Assembly (NCBI GenBank): GCA_028875575.1
Contig: JAPPDF010000052.1
Location: 2,554 to 66,553 of the forward strand
Direction of reading: 5' to 3'
Length of the DNA stretch: 64,000 nt
DNA from: Acidobacteriota bacterium
Lineage (GTDB): Bacteria > Acidobacteriota > Terriglobia > Versatilivoradales > Versatilivoraceae
In this document: positions 58,720-64,000 of the stretch, one piece after another
How positions within the stretch are numbered: the first letter of the stretch is position 1
How the letters are laid out: every line of letters begins with the position of its first letter
Program-made: the position numbers and the translations under genes
Notes under the pieces: generated by a model
The model's database searches: none
Told to the model about the DNA's origin: nothing
Seen by the model: only the letters and a program-made list of their open reading frames with translations

Positions 58720-59331
58720 TCAGCCTCTTCGGGGTCTCACCAGCTTGAAGGTGTAGGTCCTCTGATCGCCGCTCCGGGTCTGGATCAGCTCCACGCCTTT
58801 TCTGGGATAGCGCCAGCTCGTGGTCTGGAGATCCGGTCGGAGACGGCGGGGCTCCGGACCGAACATCTTCTTGAACAGATCCAGGTTGCCCCGCCGCAGA
58901 ATCGAACGGAATCGTCCCTTCACCTTTCTGGCCAGGGTGGTATTGACGTAGATGGCCATGACCTTGCCGGTCTGCTTGTCGATGTCCAGGTAGATACCTC
59001 GTTCCTGATAGGCGGAACGATACAGGCCTCCCACCGGGGTGGTTCCAAGGGGTTTCCCCAGTTGCTTGTTCTGGTTGACCTCTGCTGTCCGGTCTCCCAA
59101 CTTGACGCCCATGACTGACAGGTTGCGACTGGTCAGATCCGAAATTTGGGTAATATCTTCCTTCACCAGATCGTAGACCTTGATCTCCTCCGGTTCCGGG
59201 GCTGCTTCTTCCGCTTTAGGGGCTTCCGCCTCCGCGTCGGCTGCCGGTGGGGACTCGGGAGCCTGAGTACAACCGGCAATAAATAGCGAAGCGACGACGA
59301 TTGCTATCCCAAGAGTATATTTTCCAGGCAT
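58720..59331 (-). CDS. Hypothetical lipoprotein
   Basis: Lipobox LFIAG|C after signal MPGKYTLGIAIVVAS. GGAGGA SD upstream of ATG 59331. The long 5' extension in the track is rejected. Confidence 0.55.
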   Translation of the reverse strand: MPGKYTLGIAIVVASLFIAGCTQAPESPPAADAEAEAPKAEEAAPEPEEIKVYDLVKEDITQISDLTSRNLSVMGVKLGDRTAEVNQNKQLGKPLGTTPVGGLYRSAYQERGIYLDIDKQTGKVMAIYVNTTLARKVKGRFRSILRRGNLDLFKKMFGPEPRRLRPDLQTTSWRYPRKGVELIQTRSGDQRTYTFKLVRPRRG

Positions 59332-59412
59332 GGCGTCCTCCAGTCGAACTCGGGCGTCCGACGTTGACCTCAAGCGGATGATAATGCATCCGCCGGCGAG
59401 AGCGCAAACAAG

Positions 59413-59622
59413 GTGGCGACCAGGTTTCAACAATACGGAGACTTGCTGACGCTGGGGATCATGTTTCCGGCCTGCATTGCCATCGGATACGGCCTGGGAT
59501 ACTTGCTGGACAGCTGGACGGGGAGCCGGAACACCTTCAGCTTCATCGGCATTCTGTTCGGAATCACGGCGGCTTTCGTCAATCTCTTTCGAGTGGTCAA
59601 GAAGGTCGATGGGAAGGAATGA
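59413..59622 (+). CDS. AtpZ/AtpI-family small membrane protein (ATP synthase operon leader protein)
   Basis: 69-aa two-TM protein immediately upstream of atpI-atpB. Confidence 0.55.
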   Translation: MATRFQQYGDLLTLGIMFPACIAIGYGLGYLLDSWTGSRNTFSFIGILFGITAAFVNLFRVVKKVDGKE

Positions 59623-60067
59623 CATTCATCCCAGGAATCTCTCCTTCGTAGCCTTGACAGACGAGGGCCTGGAGCGCCGGCTTTGGAAAATCAGTCTCGG
59701 CCTGGGCGTTCCGGCCTGTCTGGCAGCCCTGATCCTCGGCGGACTCGACTCGGGCCTGGGCTTCCTGGCAGGGGCGGTGCTCTCCTGGATCAACTTCAGG
59801 TGGCTCAAGCAAGGGGTGGACCATTTCCTGGAAAGCGCCCGCTCGGCGCAGCCGACACCCAAAAGGGCGGCGCGTGCTGCTATCTTCAAGTATTTCTTAA
59901 GATACGCCTTGATTGGGCTGTCACTCTATGCTACATTCCGCGTTGATCTGCTGGAGGTCTTTGGATTTTTCTCGGGCCTTGTCTTGCTGGTCGGTGCCGT
60001 GCTGGTCGAGTGTGTATTGCAAGTGATCAAAGGTTGGGACGAGGACCCTTGCCATGGAACACGGTAG
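59609..60067 (+). CDS. atpI: ATP synthase protein I (AtpI-like, four TM helices)
   Basis: Hydrophobic four-helix protein overlapping atpZ and ending at atpB. Position typical of atpI. Confidence 0.55.
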   Translation: MGRNDIHPRNLSFVALTDEGLERRLWKISLGLGVPACLAALILGGLDSGLGFLAGAVLSWINFRWLKQGVDHFLESARSAQPTPKRAARAAIFKYFLRYALIGLSLYATFRVDLLEVFGFFSGLVLLVGAVLVECVLQVIKGWDEDPCHGTR

Positions 60068-60803
60068 CACCTGGATAGCCGAATGGGTCAACAGCACCTT
60101 GGGTCCGGTGGTGGCGGCTCTGCTCGGCAGTCTCTATGGGCTGTTTGGCTACACATACACTCCCGGGCACATGATCATTCCCGAGCATGTTACCTTTGCC
60201 GTACTGGTGTTTCTCTTCTGCGCGGTGTTTTTCCCCATCGCCGGGCGGTCGTTTTCTCTGGAGAAGCCGGGCAAGATACAACAGATTCTGGAGCTGGTAG
60301 TTGAATTCCTCAACGGGCAGTTGGAGGAGATCATCGGCCATGGGGCCAAAAAGTACCTTCCCATGGTGGCGACCATCGGAATCTTCATTCTGCTGATGAA
60401 CCTTTGCGGACAGATTCCGGGATTTGCCTCTCCGACCAGCAGCATCAACGTGACCGTCGGCTGCGCCCTGGTGGTGTTCCTCTACTACAACTACCTGGGG
60501 ATTCGAAAGCAAGGATTGGTTTCCTATCTCAAGCACTTTGCCGGTCCGGTGCCCCTGATGGCGCCGTTGATGGTTCCGATAGAAATCATCAGCCACTTGG
60601 CCCGACCCTTTTCGCTGTCGGTCCGTCTTTTTGCCAACATCTTCGGAGAGCACCAGGTAGTGGCCGTGTTCTTTGCCCTGGTCCCCTTCATCGTGCCGCT
60701 TCCCATCATGGCGCTGGGAGTGTTTGCCAGTTTTCTGCAGGCTTTCATCTTCATGGTCCTGACCATGATCTATATTGCGGGAGCCGTCTCGGAGGAGCAT
60801 TAA
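60054..60803 (+). CDS. atpB: F0F1 ATP synthase subunit a
   Basis: Subunit a family with conserved Arg in LSVRLFANIFGEH. Stop TAA 60801-60803. Confidence 0.9.
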   Translation: MEHGSTWIAEWVNSTLGPVVAALLGSLYGLFGYTYTPGHMIIPEHVTFAVLVFLFCAVFFPIAGRSFSLEKPGKIQQILELVVEFLNGQLEEIIGHGAKKYLPMVATIGIFILLMNLCGQIPGFASPTSSINVTVGCALVVFLYYNYLGIRKQGLVSYLKHFAGPVPLMAPLMVPIEIISHLARPFSLSVRLFANIFGEHQVVAVFFALVPFIVPLPIMALGVFASFLQAFIFMVLTMIYIAGAVSEEH

Positions 60804-61048
60804 CCCGCATTTCTCACCAGGCCGCTGGTGGCAGGACGAAGGCTAGTTTATCTGTCAGTACCTTGATTGGCTCCATGCAAAGGGCTTGCGGATAACAGAC
60901 GGCGCTGGGCACGCTCTGGCTGGTCTTTTTCCCTCCAGCGCGCACATGCTCCCTCGACCGTAGTGACCGCTACGCTCTTCGCTCGCGAGCACGCGCTTGA
61001 GGGAAAAATCCTGCACCATGATCATGCCCCCTGGTGAGAAATGCGGGT
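60803..61048 (-). mobile_element. MITE-like element, copy 3 (inverted orientation), inserted between atpB and atpE
   Basis: Reverse complement of copies 1 and 2, same terminal inverted repeats, flanked by TA on both sides. The left TA belongs to the atpB TAA stop. Track ORF 60997-61182 inside it is rejected. Confidence 0.7.
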
Positions 61049-61226
61049 TAAGCCTCAGAGGTCACGGCGCCGGCAAGGTCGAATTCGACCGTCCCTGCCA
61101 CTTGTGTGAGCCCGGGATGCACGAGGGGTTCTCGGGAACCACCTCCAAGTGGCGCTTCATTGGTTCCAGCGGAGCTCCTTAAGATCGGGTATCCGCGGCG
61201 AACCCCAACCGAAAGGAGAATCCACC

Positions 61227-61589
61227 GTGAAGCGATTTTACCTGGCAGTCTTCATCGGCATCGTCGTTCTGTTGACGGCATCGCCGGTTTTTGCCCAAAC
61301 CGATGACACCAGCTGGTGGCCGTTTTCGACGGAAGGTACCGGCAGTCACTGGCATTACATCAGCATCGGTTTCGCCATGGCCTTCGCCGCCGCCATTTGC
61401 GGCCTGGCCCAGGGGCGGGCCGTCTCGGCAGCCTGCGAAAGCCTCGCCAGAAATCCCGGAGCCGCAGCTTCCATCCGATTTGCCCTGTTGCTGGGGCTGG
61501 TGCTCATCGAATCGCTGGTCCTCTACACGCTGCTGATTGCCTTCATGCTTTACTTCAAGCTACCGGCAATTCCCCCAACTCCCTTCTAG
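61227..61589 (+). CDS. atpE: F0F1 ATP synthase subunit c with N-terminal signal-like extension
   Basis: C-terminal hairpin with GxGxGxG-like helix 1 (AICGLAQGRAVSAA) and the ion-binding Glu (LIESLVL). GTG 61227 is 7 nt after AAAGGAGAA. Hydrophobic N-terminal segment AVFIGIVVLLTASPVFA. Confidence 0.8.
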   Translation: MKRFYLAVFIGIVVLLTASPVFAQTDDTSWWPFSTEGTGSHWHYISIGFAMAFAAAICGLAQGRAVSAACESLARNPGAAASIRFALLLGLVLIESLVLYTLLIAFMLYFKLPAIPPTPF

Positions 61590-61605
61590 TTCTCGCGGTA
61601 ATTCT

Positions 61606-61645
61606 GCAGCCGCCTGCCGAGACTCCGGCAGGCGGCTTTTTTTTT
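61606..61645 (+). terminator. Rho-independent terminator after atpE
   Basis: GCAGCCGCCTGCCG-AGACTC-CGGCAGGCGGC followed by T9. Confidence 0.6.
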
Positions 61646-61808
61646 GGAGTTTTCCGTTATCGCGTCCTCTGCCGACCCGCAGGACAATAGGTGGAGTGAC
61701 GCCCGCGCTGACGGGATGCCGTCATCCCGCGACAATACTCCTCCAATGAGGGGAGTCAGCAGGACAAGGGCGGAGCCCGCGGTCGAGCCGGTGGGGGTAA
61801 TCGGAAGG

Positions 61809-62255
61809 TTACTGCTGAGGCGCCGTCAGGGTTTCGGCCAGCTTGTCGAAGAAGCGCTTGATCATCATCTTGGAGGTGGTGTCGAGCAGGCGCTGTCCCA
61901 CGGCCGAGATGGTGCCTCCCACTCGGACCTCTCCCTCGTAGCCAACGGACGTTCCACCGTCTTCGGGGGTCAACTGCAGCAGGCCGTCTCCCTTCAGGAA
62001 ACCGATCCTGCCCGATCCTTCAACCAGGAGGCGAAAGCTGTGGGGGAAGTTGCGGTCGGCAATGCGGACCTTGCCGTCGAAAAGGCCGGAGATGCTGGCC
62101 AAAGCCATCTTCATCTTCATGGCGTAGGTGTCTTCGGCCACCTGGACCAGGCTCCGGCAGCCGGGCATGCAGCGCTCCAGCACACTTGGGTCCTGGAGCG
62201 CCCGATAACACTGCTCCTGATCCAGGGCGAGAAAGCGGGATCCGCTGATTTTCAA
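61809..62255 (-). CDS. coxG: Carbon monoxide dehydrogenase subunit G-like (CoxG, SRPBCC fold)
   Basis: CoxG family sequence, 148 aa, downstream of coxM. Confidence 0.7.
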   Translation of the reverse strand: MKISGSRFLALDQEQCYRALQDPSVLERCMPGCRSLVQVAEDTYAMKMKMALASISGLFDGKVRIADRNFPHSFRLLVEGSGRIGFLKGDGLLQLTPEDGGTSVGYEGEVRVGGTISAVGQRLLDTTSKMMIKRFFDKLAETLTAPQQ

Positions 62256-62264
62256 TGCGGCCCC

Positions 62265-63110
62265 CTACAAGGCGGCCTGGATGGCGCGAGCGGTGTAGAC
62301 GCGAGCCACACTCCTGCGATAGTCGCTGGAGGCGTGCAGATCCGAAATGGCGTCGACGCCCTCATCCACCGCAGCGGAAGCCCTGGCGACGTCGTCTTGG
62401 GAACCCGCAGAGCCCTCCAGCAGCGCCTCCACCCCGGTAGCCCGGTAGGCCGTGGCGCTCAGGCCGGTCACACCGACCCGGGCCATGGTGATTCGGCCAC
62501 CCGAGGTTCGCACCCGGGCCGCCACGCCCACAATGGCAAAGCCCGATGCCGGCTGGCGCAGCTTCTGGTAGCTGACTCCGGTGCCGGCCTCTTCAACAGG
62601 CAGGATGAGCTCGGTGATGATCTCGTCCGGTTCCACGGCAGTGGTGAGGGCATCCACAAAGAAATCCCCGATGTCCACCACCCGTTCCGAATCCTTTCGA
62701 ACTAGCCTGACCTTGGCCTCGAGGGCGCATAGGGCCGCAGGATAATCGGCGGCAGGATCGGCGTGGGCGGCGCTACCGCCCAAGGTGCCCATGTTCCGCA
62801 CCTGAGCGTCGCCGATATGGCCGGCTGTCTCGGCCAGCAGGGGGCACTTCTCCTGAACCAGGGCCGAGGTGGCCACCTGGTGATGGGTAAGCAGAGCCCC
62901 CAGATGCAGGCTGCCACCCTCCTCGGCAATCCGATTCAGGTCGGCAATACGGCCCAGATCCACAACGTGTTCCGGAGCGGACAGCCGGAGCTTCATCAGG
63001 GGGATCAGGCTCATGCCCCCCGCCAGCACCTTGGCTTCGCCATCGGCCAGCAGATCGGCGGCTTCCTGCACCGTTCCGGGTCTGGAGTAATTGAATTCCT
63101 GGGGAATCAC
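62265..63110 (-). CDS. coxM: Xanthine dehydrogenase/CO dehydrogenase family FAD-binding medium subunit
   Basis: FAD-binding PCMH domain (KVLAGGMSLIPLMKLR, …GTLGGS…). Confidence 0.85.
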   Translation of the reverse strand: MIPQEFNYSRPGTVQEAADLLADGEAKVLAGGMSLIPLMKLRLSAPEHVVDLGRIADLNRIAEEGGSLHLGALLTHHQVATSALVQEKCPLLAETAGHIGDAQVRNMGTLGGSAAHADPAADYPAALCALEAKVRLVRKDSERVVDIGDFFVDALTTAVEPDEIITELILPVEEAGTGVSYQKLRQPASGFAIVGVAARVRTSGGRITMARVGVTGLSATAYRATGVEALLEGSAGSQDDVARASAAVDEGVDAISDLHASSDYRRSVARVYTARAIQAAL

Positions 63111-64000
63111 GCTGAACCTCCTTGCTGAACAAGTTTCCAGATTTTTTCCGGGGTCAGAGGCATGTCGATATGCCGGACCCCCAGGTGAGAAAGAGCGTCC
63201 ACCACCGAGTTCACCACCGCCGGTGAGGCTGCGATAGTGCCGGCTTCACCCACGCCCTTGACACCCAGAGGATTGACCGGGGAGGGTGTTTCGGTGCGGT
63301 CGGTCTCGATGGTCGGAACCATGGCCGCCTTGGGAAGGGCATAGTCCATGTATTCGCCGGTGATAAGTTGGCCGGTGTCGTCGTAGACCACCTGCTCGAA
63401 CAGCGCCTGACCCAGGCCCTGGGCGACGCCGCCATGCACCTGGCCATCCACCAGCAGGGGGTTGATGACCTTACCGCAGTCATCCACGGCCAGGTAGCGC
63501 TTGATGGCCACTTCACCCGTGTCCGGATCGACGTCGCTCACCACGATGTGAGCCCCGAAAGGAAAGGCGAAGTTGGGAGGCTCCCAGTAGTTGGTCGCAA
63601 TCAGGCCGGGCTGAGTGTTCGGGGGGTAGTTGGGACCGATCCAACTGGTCAGGGCGATTTCACCCAGGGGAACGGTCTTTCCGGTCTTGTTGCAGGTGCA
63701 GACGCCGTCGGCATAAGTCACGTCGTCGGATTCCAGCAACATGGCCCCGTAGGTTTCGATCTTCTCCTTGAGCTCGCGAATGGCCAGCACCAGGGCTGTT
63801 CCTCCCACGGCCGTGTTGCGACTGCCGAAGGTGCCCACGCCGTGCTGCACCGTGGACGTATCCCCGTGGGCCACCGTGATGTTCTCGATGTCCACGCCCA
63901 GCTCGTCGGCCGCAATCTGGCTGAAGGTGGTTTGCGAACCCTGACCGTGAGGGGACACGCCCGTCATGATGGTGACCTGACCTGAAGGTTCGATCTTGAC
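63107..64000 (-). CDS. coxL: Xanthine dehydrogenase/CO dehydrogenase family molybdopterin-binding large subunit, C-terminal part (gene continues beyond the window end)
   Basis: C-terminal MoCo-binding domain sequence (…GVGEAGTIAASPAVVNSV…). ATGA overlap with coxM. Form I versus form II cannot be decided because the active-site loop lies outside the window. Confidence 0.85.
   Translation of the reverse strand, partial: VKIEPSGQVTIMTGVSPHGQGSQTTFSQIAADELGVDIENITVAHGDTSTVQHGVGTFGSRNTAVGGTALVLAIRELKEKIETYGAMLLESDDVTYADGVCTCNKTGKTVPLGEIALTSWIGPNYPPNTQPGLIATNYWEPPNFAFPFGAHIVVSDVDPDTGEVAIKRYLAVDDCGKVINPLLVDGQVHGGVAQGLGQALFEQVVYDDTGQLITGEYMDYALPKAAMVPTIETDRTETPSPVNPLGVKGVGEAGTIAASPAVVNSVVDALSHLGVRHIDMPLTPEKIWKLVQQGGSA

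Noticed and set aside
1-64000. tRNA, tmRNA, rRNA, RNase P, SRP RNA and CRISPR arrays
   Set aside because: Searched by eye for T-loop GGTTCGAATCC-type boxes, tmRNA termini (GGGGCTGA…CCACCA), conserved RNase P and SRP blocks, and short regularly spaced direct repeats. None found. A tool-based scan (tRNAscan or Infernal) would be needed to be definitive.

Overview
High-GC (about 60%) bacterial chromosomal window, coding-dense and mostly housekeeping. Gene content and operon architecture suggest an Acidobacteria-like or delta-proteobacteria-like Gram-negative, at low confidence.

Recognisable genes, in order:
- 5' partial polyprenyl-phosphate sugar transferase, queC, a large M16 peptidase, a SAM-dependent methyltransferase, moeA-moaC, leuCD, a beta-barrel outer-membrane protein, rsmE, prmA.
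- The hrcA-grpE-dnaJ heat-shock operon, a lipoate ligase, degP.
- A complex I nuo operon lacking nuoEFG: nuoABCD-HIJK-N here and nuoLM about 27 kb away.
- lutABC, an SDR oxidoreductase, an EVE-domain protein, a thioredoxin-TPR cochaperone, smpB followed by a degenerate Fic protein and thpR.
- A heme cluster (ccsA-like, hemA, hemC, cobA-hemD), a site-2 protease, trpS, scpAB-rluB, an M23 peptidase.
- A class B radical SAM protein, a PQQ dehydrogenase with a pentaheme cytochrome c, a porin, a sensor-like Cache membrane protein.
- atpZ-atpI-atpB-atpE, and coxG-coxM-coxL (partial).

No rRNA, tRNA, tmRNA or CRISPR array was found by eye.

The least conventional content is non-coding:
1. A roughly 245-bp MITE-like element with about 20-bp terminal inverted repeats and TA flanks, in three copies (two direct, one inverted). 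One copy splits atpB from atpE and two abut stop codons.
2. A roughly 195-bp intergenic repeat, in two copies, whose hairpins keep their pairing through compensatory changes. This is a candidate structured ncRNA family.
3. A promoter plus rho-independent terminator pair defining a roughly 140-nt candidate sRNA or leader upstream of the porin gene.
4. A 32-bp sequence containing ATG, repeated three times in the rsmE-OMP intergenic region.
5. ACGAA(T/G) direct repeats at 10-bp phasing in at least three promoter regions.
6. An inverted-repeat-flanked insert between scpA and scpB.

No clearly novel multi-gene protein system could be demonstrated from sequence alone. The best protein-level candidates are the smpB-fic(degenerate)-thpR module and the radical SAM / PQQ dehydrogenase / pentaheme cytochrome cluster.
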